Source: an uncultured Chloroflexia bacterium (GTDB lineage Bacteria > Chloroflexota > Limnocylindria > Limnocylindrales > CSP1-4). Taken from it: a stretch of 64,000 nucleotides of DNA. How positions within the stretch are numbered: the stretch's first letter is position 1; every line of letters begins with the position of its first letter. The notes under the pieces were generated by a model, which was given only the letters and a program-made list of their open reading frames with translations, made no database searches and was not told the DNA's origin. A program made the position numbers and the translations under genes. Of this stretch, positions 29,775-43,967 are shown piece after piece. The stretch is taken from contig OY970218.1 in NCBI GenBank assembly GCA_963713975.1, positions 3,232,001-3,296,000 on the forward strand, in the 5' to 3' direction.

Positions 29775-30731
29775 CTAGAGGTGGTCGTGCTCCGGCAGCG
29801 GGAGGTTGGGGTGGGCAGGGCCCTCGTCGGCATGGATGTGCACACCCGGCTCCGGCACGTGGACGGCGCCGCCCTCGTGCGCGTGGGCCGCCCCCAGGGT
29901 GCGGGCGAGGAACTCCCGCGTCCGATCGTCCTGCGGGTGGTCGATCACCTGCTCGGGCGGACCCACCTCGAGGAAGACGCCCTCCTCGATGAAGTACACC
30001 CTGTCGGCGGCCTCGCGGGCGAACGCCATCTCGTGGGTGACCACGATCATCGTCGCGCCCTCGTGGGCCAGGTCCTCCATGACGCTGAGCACCTCCCCGA
30101 CCAGGGTCGGGTCCAGGGCGGAGGTCGGCTCGTCGAACAGCAGCACCTTGGGCTCCATCGTCAGCGCCCGGGCGATCGCCACGCGCTGCTTCTGGCCGCC
30201 GGACAGGCGTGCCGGATACTCGTCGCGCTTCTCGGACAGACCCACCTTGTCGAGGTACTTCTCCGCGGTCGCGATGGCCTCGTCCTTGGACACGCCCTTC
30301 ACCCGGACGGGCGCCTCGATGAGGTTGTCGATGACCTTCAGGTGTGGGAAAAGGTTGAACTCCTGGAACACCATCTGCGCTCGCAGGCGGATCTGGCGGA
30401 TGTGCTCGCGGTGCTCCCGGTTCCGGGAATCCAGCGGTGCCGCCTCCAGCCGTAGCCCGTCCACCTCGATGGCGCCCATGGTGGGCTCCTCGAGGAAGTT
30501 GATGCAGCGCAGGAGCGTGCTCTTGCCGGACCCGGACCTGCCGATCAGGCAGACCGTTTCCCGCGGATAGACCTCCATGGTGGCGCCGCGCAGGACGTGG
30601 TTGCTCCCGAAGTACTTGTGCACCCCAAGGGCCCGCACGATGGGCTCGGCGCCTGCCGGGGTCAGGACTCCGGGCGTGGCGTACTCGTCGCGGACCTGCT
30701 CGAAGGGATCGGGTTGGGTGGTCTGGCTCAT
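29775..30731 (-). CDS. Polar amino acid ABC transporter ATP-binding protein
   Basis: GRSGSGKST, LSGGQKQRVAIARAL, FDEPTSALDP. Confidence 0.93.
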   Translation of the reverse strand: MSQTTQPDPFEQVRDEYATPGVLTPAGAEPIVRALGVHKYFGSNHVLRGATMEVYPRETVCLIGRSGSGKSTLLRCINFLEEPTMGAIEVDGLRLEAAPLDSRNREHREHIRQIRLRAQMVFQEFNLFPHLKVIDNLIEAPVRVKGVSKDEAIATAEKYLDKVGLSEKRDEYPARLSGGQKQRVAIARALTMEPKVLLFDEPTSALDPTLVGEVLSVMEDLAHEGATMIVVTHEMAFAREAADRVYFIEEGVFLEVGPPEQVIDHPQDDRTREFLARTLGAAHAHEGGAVHVPEPGVHIHADEGPAHPNLPLPEHDHL

Positions 30732-30741
30732 GGTCGTCACC

Positions 30742-31596
30742 TCAGATCCTCCGATCGCTTTCGGCCATCCGCTTCTCGAGGCGGTCCTGGACAAGCGAGA
30801 GGACGATCGTCAGGCCCCAGTAGATGCCGGCGGCCACCATCAGGGTCTCCAGCCCCTTGAAGTTGGACTGCCCGACACGCTGCGCGCGCCACAGCAACTC
30901 GGCAACACCGATCACGGACACCAGCGAGGAGTCCTTGATCATCGAGATGAACTCGTTGCCGATGGCCGGGGTGATGATCCGGACCGCCTGGGGAAGGATG
31001 ATCCGGCGCATGCGGGTTCGGCCCGGCATCCCGAGTGCCTGCGCCGCCTCCGTCTGGCCCCGCGGCACGGCCTGGATGCCGGCCCGGAACGTCTCCGTCA
31101 TGTAGGCGCCGTAGTTGAAGGACAGCGCGAAGATGCCGATGACCTCCTTGGGCACGTCGTTGATGAACGGCAGCACCGTCGGCAGCGCGAGGTAGACGAA
31201 CAGGATCTGCACGAGGAGCGGCGTGCCGCGGACCATCGACACGTACAGCGTCGAGAGCGAATACAGGATGGCGTTGGAGCTCAGGCGCCCGAGCGCACCG
31301 ACCACCGCGAACATGATCGCGATCACGATCGAGACGACCGCGATGTAGATCGTGGTGGTGACGCCACCGACGATGTACGGCGCCCACTCCGCCATGAAGC
31401 CGAAGTCGATCTTCCCGGCGGCCACGAGCGCCAGGAGTGCCCCGCCGATCACGATCACCCAGGTGGCGATGAATGTGAGGCGGAACCGGCGCTGCTGTTG
31501 CTTTCGCTGTGCGGCGATCGCCGCGACGATCGGGTTGGTTTCTGCAGCGGGAACGCTGCCTCCGGGCACGCCCATCGTGCCGCTCGATGCCGTCAC
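30742..31596 (-). CDS. Polar amino acid ABC transporter permease
   Basis: RGTPLLVQ, GQTEAAQALG, IKDSSL. Confidence 0.93.
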   Translation of the reverse strand: MTASSGTMGVPGGSVPAAETNPIVAAIAAQRKQQQRRFRLTFIATWVIVIGGALLALVAAGKIDFGFMAEWAPYIVGGVTTTIYIAVVSIVIAIMFAVVGALGRLSSNAILYSLSTLYVSMVRGTPLLVQILFVYLALPTVLPFINDVPKEVIGIFALSFNYGAYMTETFRAGIQAVPRGQTEAAQALGMPGRTRMRRIILPQAVRIITPAIGNEFISMIKDSSLVSVIGVAELLWRAQRVGQSNFKGLETLMVAAGIYWGLTIVLSLVQDRLEKRMAESDRRI

Positions 31597-31620
31597 TGCG
31601 TCCTCCCGTCCCTAACGACA

Positions 31621-31649
31621 ACGGGGGCGCCCAATCTGGACGCCCCCGT
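31621..31649 (-). terminator. Intercistronic stem-loop after substrate-binding protein gene
   Basis: ACGGGGGCG...CGCCCCCGT inverted repeat. Confidence 0.55.
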
Positions 31650-31672
31650 CACGGGTTGCTGCCTGCGACCGA

Positions 31673-32626
31673 TCAGCCTGACGGATCAACCGTCAGGTCG
31701 TAGCCGAACCACTTCTCGGAGAAGGCCTTGAGCGTGCCGTCGGCCTGCATCTCGGCCAGGATGGAGTTGACGCGCTCGACCATGTCCGTCGCGTCGGGGC
31801 CGCTCTTGTCGAAGGCGACGCCGAGCGGCTCGGAGTAGACCGGATCGCCGACGGCCACGAGCGGGAGGCCGTCCTTGATCGCCGCGTCGACGGTCGTCGA
31901 GGAGCTGAGCCAGCCCTCGAAGTCCTTGCGGCCGGCCTTCCACGTCTCCGCGCACAGGCGGTCCGTGCTGAGGGTGGTGGCCGTCGAGCCATCGGGGGGC
32001 GTATTCGTCGGGCTGTAGGACCCGAGATCGAGGGCGCCCGTCATCCAGTCGTAGTAGGTCGTCGCTTCACCGACGCAGATCGTCTTGCCTGCAAGACCCT
32101 CGAGCGTGGTGATGCCGGAAGCCGTGGAGGCTGCCATCTGGGCGGGGGTGTAGTAGTAGGGAACGCTGAAGTCGAGGACCGCCTGGCGAGGGGTCGTGAT
32201 CGTCATGGATCCGACGCTGAAGTCCCAGCGCCCACCCCAGGAGCCCGCAGTGAGCAGGTTCCAGTCAGGTGTCTCGAACGCGATGTCCACGCCCAGGCGC
32301 TTCGCGATCTCGTTCCCCACGTCGATGTCGAAGCCCTCGAACGTCCCGTCGGACTTGATCGAGGACTGCGGCGGATACTGCGGGTCGGTCGACATCTTGA
32401 TGACACCGGCCTTGAGGACCTTGTCGAGCAGGCCGCCCGCGATCGGTGCCGCGCTCGCGGCCTCCGTGGGTGCCATGGACTCGGCGGCGGTCGGCGGTGC
32501 CTCGGTTGCCGGTGCTTCGGTTGCGGGCGCGGTCGTCGGCGGCGCCGGGGTGGCTGCCCCGCCGCTGCATGCGGCGACCAGAACGGCGCTGGCACCGAGC
32601 AGGACTAGGCGTCTGTGCAAGGACAT
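31673..32626 (-). CDS. Polar amino acid ABC substrate-binding lipoprotein
   Basis: Lipobox VAAC, YPP, EGFDIDV, SMTIT, DFSVPYY, DGT...SEKWFG. Confidence 0.92.
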   Translation of the reverse strand: MSLHRRLVLLGASAVLVAACSGGAATPAPPTTAPATEAPATEAPPTAAESMAPTEAASAAPIAGGLLDKVLKAGVIKMSTDPQYPPQSSIKSDGTFEGFDIDVGNEIAKRLGVDIAFETPDWNLLTAGSWGGRWDFSVGSMTITTPRQAVLDFSVPYYYTPAQMAASTASGITTLEGLAGKTICVGEATTYYDWMTGALDLGSYSPTNTPPDGSTATTLSTDRLCAETWKAGRKDFEGWLSSSTTVDAAIKDGLPLVAVGDPVYSEPLGVAFDKSGPDATDMVERVNSILAEMQADGTLKAFSEKWFGYDLTVDPSG

Positions 32627-32821
32627 TCACTCCTCCTTCGTTCGGTCACCCCGGGCATCTCATCGGACCGCCGAACGGCCGCATTATGCCCTTGCCGCAT
32701 GGGGTGTGGGGCAAGGGCCGGACGGCCCCCCAATTCTGTGCGGCACCGGCTTGCGCCCGACGCCGGCCTGTGCAGGGTCTCAGCCGGGCCCAACAATCTG
32801 CCGGACGCGCCTCCACGGCGT

Positions 32822-36204
<3,383 letters not shown>

Positions 36205-36288
36205 GGTTCGCAGGATAGGCCCACGGTCCGCCCGGATGCACGCTGCTCGGCGGGCCACCGGCGATTCGGTCGGCCGCTCGTCGCGGGG

Positions 36289-37254
36289 TCAGACCCAGGC
36301 GCGGGCGGCGCGGCCCTCCCAGTACGCGGTCGCTGGCTCCGCCAGCCCGGGGAGGTCGGCAGCGGCGGCATCCACGGCGGCAGCGGCGGCGTTCGAGCGC
36401 ACCTGATCCGGCGTCGCGGCGCCCGACAGGACGACGTCCGCCCACGGGTTCGCGAGGACGGACCCGAGGACGAGCACATCGGCCCCCGTTCCCAAGTGCA
36501 CGGCAGCGGCGACGATGGCCGGCTCGTCCAGCAGCCGGCCGTTCGCGAGCGCCTCCTTGACGATGACGCCCCAGCCGGCGTCGTGCGCCTCCGCGAGCGC
36601 CGGCCCGACCGACGGCTCAAGCAGGTTCCACGTCGCCTGCACACACGCGAACGGGCTGACGCCGTCGACGCGGAGCGCGAGCGCGGTACGAACGACGTCC
36701 GCCTGTCGGGGTCCGCTGACGGACATCCCGATGACGAGGCCCTCCTCCGCCCGCAGCCGCGCAAGCTCGGCGAGGACGGCCGAGTCGGAGAGGACCCCGC
36801 TCTCGAGGGTCGCGGAGTGGACCTGGTAGAGGCGCAGCCAGGGGTCCAGCAGCCCGCGAGACTCCGGGAGCTGGGTTCGGAGCATCGTGATCGTGTGGTC
36901 CTTCACCTCGTGGACGGAAGCATCCATGCGCCACCCGCCGACATAGCGGTAGCCCCACTTCGACCCGACTGCAACCTGGCGGGGATCCATCGCCCGTGAC
37001 CGGAGCCACGACGCGAGGAACCGCTCCGCATACCCGTAGGAGCGCGCGACATCGAAGTACCGAAGGCCGGCGGCCCATGCCGCGTCCAACACCTCGTGGC
37101 TGCGGACCTCCATGGCCTCGATCGAGCGGTCGTCGCCGTCGCCGAGGTCCCTGGAGCGCCCCGCCGTGATGTAGGCCGGCCGACCGAGCGCTGCCAGGCC
37201 CAGCCCGATCGGCGAGACGACGAGTCCGGTGCCACCCAAGGGTCGGAGGTCCAT
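36289..37254 (-). CDS. Aldo/keto reductase
   Basis: IGLG, FDVARSYG, SKWG, LYQVHS, QATWNLL. Confidence 0.9.
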   Translation of the reverse strand: MDLRPLGGTGLVVSPIGLGLAALGRPAYITAGRSRDLGDGDDRSIEAMEVRSHEVLDAAWAAGLRYFDVARSYGYAERFLASWLRSRAMDPRQVAVGSKWGYRYVGGWRMDASVHEVKDHTITMLRTQLPESRGLLDPWLRLYQVHSATLESGVLSDSAVLAELARLRAEEGLVIGMSVSGPRQADVVRTALALRVDGVSPFACVQATWNLLEPSVGPALAEAHDAGWGVIVKEALANGRLLDEPAIVAAAVHLGTGADVLVLGSVLANPWADVVLSGAATPDQVRSNAAAAAVDAAAADLPGLAEPATAYWEGRAARAWV

Positions 37255-37291
37255 GCGGACACCGTACTCCGGCTGGCGTACGCTGCGCAGC

Positions 37292-37753
37292 ATGGACAAG
37301 GAGACGCTGCTCACCCAGATCCTCGAGACGCACGGCCCCATCGAGGCGGCCGCCGCCGCGCTCGACGACGACGCCCTGCTCGGCGCCGCGCCCGACATGG
37401 AGGGCTGGACCCGCAAGGACGTCCTCGCCCATATCGAGTGGTGGAGCGCCCACTCGGCGGACGTGATCGAGGGCGTCCGATCCGGCGTCGATCCGTATCC
37501 GGGCGGCGACGAACCGTGGGACGCGGATGCCTGGAACGTACGGATCCTGGACGAGAACCGGGCTCGCACGGCCGATGACGTGCGTCGGGGCGAAGCCGGG
37601 GCCTTCGCGCGCCTGGTCGCAGCGGTCGAGACGGCCACCGATGACGAGCTGTTCGCCGAGGACCCGCTCCCGTGGCTGGACGGCACGCTCGCCGAGACGA
37701 TCATCGAGGACTCGTCACGCCACTACCCGGATCACGTCCCGCACCTCGCCTGA
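37292..37753 (+). CDS. DinB/ClbS/DfsB-like four-helix bundle protein
   Basis: WTRKDVLAHIEWW...HYPDH. Confidence 0.8.
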   Translation: MDKETLLTQILETHGPIEAAAAALDDDALLGAAPDMEGWTRKDVLAHIEWWSAHSADVIEGVRSGVDPYPGGDEPWDADAWNVRILDENRARTADDVRRGEAGAFARLVAAVETATDDELFAEDPLPWLDGTLAETIIEDSSRHYPDHVPHLA

Positions 37754-37810
37754 GCGGCCCGTTCGTCGCCACCGGGGCCGAACACGTGCTCGGCCGCCCA
37801 AGGAAACGGC

Positions 37811-40561
37811 CTACCCGATCAGCTCCAGGTTCGCGAGGCTGGCCAGCATCGTCTTGCGCCCCACCTGCGGGTCCCTGAAGGCGACCTGGACCTCCTCGTC
37901 GTCGCGCGTCAGCTTCGACGTGATGACGATGCCGTCGCCCCAGCGAGCGTGCCGTACCCGGTCCCCGTCGCGGAAGCGGCGCTCGCCGGGCACGATCGGC
38001 CGCGGCGGGATCACCGCCCGAGCCGGTCGCGCCGGCTGGATCTGCCCCTCGGAGCCATCGTCGACGCCGCCCGCGGGCCGTCCAAGCGACCCGGACGGCG
38101 CTCCGGCCGCGTACGCCTCGCGCTTCGCCCCCAGGTCCCGCGATGGCCGGAACGTCTCGCCCGGGGCCGGAGCGCCCGGCCGCCCGCTGCCCTGCCGGTA
38201 GGCGCCGCCACCGGCCCGGATTCCGGCGCCGAAGCGTGAGCCACGCTCGCGGAAGACGAGGTCGGGATCCAGGTCCGCGCCGATGTCCCCGCCACCGCGG
38301 AGCTGCGGACCCACCATCAGCTCCTGCGGGATCTCGAGCAGGAACCGGGACGGGATGCTCATGCCCCCGCCGCCCCAGGTCGCCCGCCGCCACGCGTGTG
38401 AAAGGAACAGCCGTCGCTTGGCCCTCGTGATGCCGACGTAGGCCAGGCGTCGCTCCTCCTCCAGCTCGCCTTCGTCATCCAGGGCGCGGTTGTGCGGGAA
38501 CACGCCCTCCTCGAGGCCCCCGATGAACACCACCGGGAACTCGAGGCCCTTGGCCGCGTGGAGCGTGATCAGCGTGACGGCATCCTTCTCACCCTCGTAG
38601 GCGTCCTGGTCCGCGACCAGCGCCGTCTCCTCGAGCAGCCGGTCAAGCGCGTCCTCCGGTGACAGGTCGTCGTAGCGGGTGGTCACGGCGCGCAGCTCGA
38701 GCAGGTTCGCCCATCGGTCCTCGCCCTCCTCAGAGCCGTCGGCGAGCATCGCGCGGTAGCCCGAGGCCTCGAGCACCTCGTCGAGCAGCTCCGGCAGCGG
38801 CAGCACGCCGATCCGCAGGCGCAGGCGCGAGACCAGGACCGCGAACTCACCGATCGCCGTCCTCGACCGCGTCGCCAGCCCGTCGACCTCGCCCTTGCCC
38901 GCCGCGACGACCGCCTCGAACATCGAGTTGTCGTGCTTGTCGGCGTGGCGCCGCAGCGCCTCCACACTCTTGTCGCCGATCCCGCGGGCCGGGACGTTGA
39001 TCACGCGCTCGTACGAGACGGCGTCCGTGTCCGAGCGGAGCACCCGCAAGTAGGCCAGCGCATCCTTGACCTCGCGCCGCTGGTAGAACCGCGTGCCGCC
39101 CACCAGCTGGTACCGGATCCCGTAGCGCAGGAACGCCTCCTCGATGGCCCGGGACTGGGAGTTCATCCGGTACATCACGGCGAGGTCCTTGGGCCGGAAG
39201 CGCGACGACTCGTCGTCGTCCGCCCGCCTCGTCAGCCAGGCGCCCCGGCCGGTCGACCCCACCAAGCCCTCGACCTGGCGGGCGATCCACTCGGCCTCCT
39301 CCTCCTCGTTGAAGGCCTCGAAGCGCTGGATCGGGACGCCGCCGTGGTTCTCGGTCCACAGCGTCTTGTCGGTCCGGCGCTCGTTGCGTGACACGACCGC
39401 GTGGGCCGCGTCGAGGATCAGCTGTGTCGATCGGTAGTTCTGCTCGAGCTTGACGACTGTCGCGTCCGGGTAGTCGCGCTCGAAGTCGAGGATGTTCTGG
39501 ACGTTCGCGCCACGCCAGCCGTAGATCGACTGGTCGTCGTCGCCGACGACGCACAGGTTGCGGTGGGCCGCCGCGAGGGCCTTGACCCACAGGTACTGCG
39601 GCCGGTTCGTGTCCTGGTACTCGTCCACGTGCAGGTATTGCCAGCGCTTCTGGTACCGCTCCAGCACCTCGGGTGCCTGCTCGAACAGCTCCACCGCCTT
39701 GAGCAGGAGATCATCGAAGTCGACGGCCCCGACCTCGCGCAGGCGCTCCTCGTACCGCGCGGCGAGCCTCGCGATGACGCGCTCCCTGTGGTTGACCGCG
39801 TTCTGGGCGAGGAACGTCGCGTCCAGCATGTCGTTCTTGGCCCGGCTGATGGCACCCAGGATCGCGGCCGGCCGGAACTCGCCGGTGGCCGGCAGGTCCT
39901 GCTCGGCCAGGATCCGCTTCATCAGCTGCTGCTGGTCGTCCGTGTCGTAGATGACGAAGCGGCGGTCCAGACCGATCGCCTCGCCGTCCCGGCGCAGCAC
40001 CCGGGCGCAGAGGGAATGGAAGGTCCCCGCATCCACCTCCCTGCCGTGGTCGCCGGTCAGGGCCGTGATCCGCTCGCGAAGCTCCCCGGCCGCACGGTTG
40101 GTAAAGGTGACCGCCAGGATCCGCCGCTGCTGTATCGCCTTGACGCCGATCAGGTAGGCGATGCGGTGGGCGACGACGCGTGTCTTGCCCGAGCCCGCGC
40201 CGGCCAAGATCAGCAGCGGACCGTCGACGGTCGTGACGGCACGTCGCTGTTCGGGGTTGAGGCGGCTGGTGATCTCCTCGGATCGGGCGGCGCGGCGGGC
40301 CTCGATCGCCGCGGCGACCTCCTCAGGCGACAGGACCGGACCGGCGGCGACCGCCGGCTCGGGAGGAGCGTCGCGAAGCCAGTCGGGCTCGTCGGGGACG
40401 ACTTCAATGGGCGGACCCGTCTCGGTGTCCGGACCTGTCCCGGAGGCACCGGCGGATGTCGCGTCCGGCCCGAAGTCCAGCAGCGTGCCCTGGCCGTCGG
40501 GCTCATCGAGGCGTCGGGTACGCCGACGCTTCAGGGGCTCGCCAGCAGGGGTGGGACTCAC
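37811..40561 (-). CDS. pcrA: UvrD/PcrA ATP-dependent DNA helicase
   Basis: AGAGSGKT, VDEYQD, VGDDDQSIY, EQNYRST, HAAKGLEF, EERRLAYV, C-terminal Tudor-like VRHARWGDG. Confidence 0.95.
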   Translation of the reverse strand: MSPTPAGEPLKRRRTRRLDEPDGQGTLLDFGPDATSAGASGTGPDTETGPPIEVVPDEPDWLRDAPPEPAVAAGPVLSPEEVAAAIEARRAARSEEITSRLNPEQRRAVTTVDGPLLILAGAGSGKTRVVAHRIAYLIGVKAIQQRRILAVTFTNRAAGELRERITALTGDHGREVDAGTFHSLCARVLRRDGEAIGLDRRFVIYDTDDQQQLMKRILAEQDLPATGEFRPAAILGAISRAKNDMLDATFLAQNAVNHRERVIARLAARYEERLREVGAVDFDDLLLKAVELFEQAPEVLERYQKRWQYLHVDEYQDTNRPQYLWVKALAAAHRNLCVVGDDDQSIYGWRGANVQNILDFERDYPDATVVKLEQNYRSTQLILDAAHAVVSRNERRTDKTLWTENHGGVPIQRFEAFNEEEEAEWIARQVEGLVGSTGRGAWLTRRADDDESSRFRPKDLAVMYRMNSQSRAIEEAFLRYGIRYQLVGGTRFYQRREVKDALAYLRVLRSDTDAVSYERVINVPARGIGDKSVEALRRHADKHDNSMFEAVVAAGKGEVDGLATRSRTAIGEFAVLVSRLRLRIGVLPLPELLDEVLEASGYRAMLADGSEEGEDRWANLLELRAVTTRYDDLSPEDALDRLLEETALVADQDAYEGEKDAVTLITLHAAKGLEFPVVFIGGLEEGVFPHNRALDDEGELEEERRLAYVGITRAKRRLFLSHAWRRATWGGGGMSIPSRFLLEIPQELMVGPQLRGGGDIGADLDPDLVFRERGSRFGAGIRAGGGAYRQGSGRPGAPAPGETFRPSRDLGAKREAYAAGAPSGSLGRPAGGVDDGSEGQIQPARPARAVIPPRPIVPGERRFRDGDRVRHARWGDGIVITSKLTRDDEEVQVAFRDPQVGRKTMLASLANLELIG

Positions 40562-40622
40562 CCGACCATTCTAGGGTGCGAAGGCGTCGGGCCCGGACGT
40601 GACGGCTCCGGGGCTCCGGATG

Positions 40623-41096
40623 TCAGCTTCCGGGCTGGCCCCACCCGGGTGGCGGCGGGGGCGTCCCGACGCGCTCGGTTCCGTGGCCCGGATCGGCGTA
40701 CCCCGGGGAGCCGTACGGCGACGGGTAGCCCGGGGCCTGGAGTCCCGTACCCGGGTAGCCCGGCCCACCCGGGTACGGTCCCTCGACGTCCACGTGCACC
40801 CGGATCCCGCCGACCCGGCCGGCAGCGAAGTTGTAGAGCGCACACAGGATCGCGGTCATGACCCAGCCGACCGCTCCGTAGAACAGCAGCCCGAGCCCTC
40901 CGACGAGAATGATGCCCAGCAGGCCGGCGCCAAGGCCCGCCGCACTCCCCGAACCGGAGCCGGTCGAGGCCAAGCCCGCGATCGCTACCAGGAGCAGCAC
41001 GGGGATCATGAACACCAGCACGATCACCGCGTAGAGCACGGCGACCACATTCGCTGTCCGGACGACGTCGAACCGCCGGATCGTGACCCTGTTCAA
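40623..41096 (-). CDS. Hypothetical membrane protein (DUF3566-like) with Pro/Gly/Tyr-rich tail
   Basis: GGAGG + TTG; VTIRRFDV, two TM segments, LYNFAAGRVGGI. Confidence 0.7.
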   Translation of the reverse strand: MNRVTIRRFDVVRTANVVAVLYAVIVLVFMIPVLLLVAIAGLASTGSGSGSAAGLGAGLLGIILVGGLGLLFYGAVGWVMTAILCALYNFAAGRVGGIRVHVDVEGPYPGGPGYPGTGLQAPGYPSPYGSPGYADPGHGTERVGTPPPPPGWGQPGS

Positions 41097-41236
41097 CTTC
41101 GGTGCCTCCAGTCGCAGCAGGTATCGGTGACCCCGTCGTGAGGTCGCCCAACAGCACGCCAAGCGTACCTTCAAGAGAGCCGGCCCCAGCCCCCCGGTTC
41201 CCGCGGTCGCGACGCCCCACTTGTGCCGGAATCGAA

Positions 41237-41262
41237 GAGCCCGGGCCTCACGGCCCGGGCTC
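41237..41262 (-). terminator. groEL terminator hairpin
   Basis: Perfect 11-bp stem GAGCCCGGGCC-tcac-GGCCCGGGCTC about 25 nt after the groEL stop. Confidence 0.7.
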
Positions 41263-41286
41263 CTTGCGTGGTGCGTTGCGACGGAC

Positions 41287-43292
<2,006 letters not shown>

Positions 43293-43496
43293 GGTTCGTT
43301 CCTCCTGTGGCGGCCGGGCACGGCCGCCGGTGGCCTGGTTGGTGGTCCCGGACGACTGGGGCAGGCTGCCTGCAGTCGTCCGTCGATCCTCCTGTCGAGT
43401 GCCTCACCATCGGCCGCGACTCGGGGACCGTTGCCGCGCCGGTCGGCGCTTGCCGAACATCCCGGCCGGGCCCTGCGAGATCGCGTCACGTTTGAT

Positions 43497-43523
43497 TTGG
43501 CACTCTCACGTTGAGAGTGCCAA
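43497..43523. promoter_or_regulatory. CIRCE element (HrcA operator)
   Basis: TTGGCACTC-N9-GAGTGCCAA, one mismatch per arm to the consensus TTAGCACTC-N9-GAGTGCTAA, upstream of groES. Confidence 0.93.
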
Positions 43524-43524
43524 C

Positions 43525-43554
43525 AAACTACCGGAGGCACCGTCCCGTTGTCAA
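43525..43554 (-). promoter_or_regulatory. Sigma70-type groESL promoter
   Basis: TTGACA-18 nt-TAGTTT on the minus strand, immediately before CIRCE. Confidence 0.8.
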
Positions 43555-43573
43555 CCAGCGATCCGAATGTCGT

Positions 43574-43953
43574 AGGCATCCCAGCGTCTGTGCTGGCCTG
43601 ACCGGAACGGGCCGAGCCCCATCGGCCGGCTGCATGAGCTGGTTCCAGAGCGGGGTGTCTGGGTCGTGGCCAGACGTGAAGGGGCCGCTGGCCGCTGCCC
43701 GGGCACGACCTCTGCGTGGCCGCTCCCCGAACGGGTGAACGGTGCGCTTGTGTCCGATCTCGCTCTGCGGATGAGCGGGACCGGGTCCGGTCCAGAGGGT
43801 CCCAGGCCGCAGTCCACCCACCGGGAACGTGGGATCGCACATCACCGCACCGTTCGCTCTCCCGGTGGATGACGGTCGCCGACGGCCGCCGACGGCACGG
43901 GGTCGCGGCCCTGCCCGTCACCGGCCTGAGCCAGCGCAGACGATGGGATGCTT
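43574..43953 (+). ncRNA. Candidate ~380-nt structured ncRNA, family unknown
   Basis: No credible ORF; 5' and 3' ends complementary over ~22 nt; nested helices continue inward; non-Watson-Crick pairs are mostly G-U on the + strand. Confidence 0.55.
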
Positions 43954-43967
43954 CCCTGATTGTCCTC

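Noticed and set aside
43574-43953. RNase P RNA, tmRNA or SRP RNA identity for the structured intergenic region
   Set aside because: Their hallmark sequences were not found on either strand by eye.
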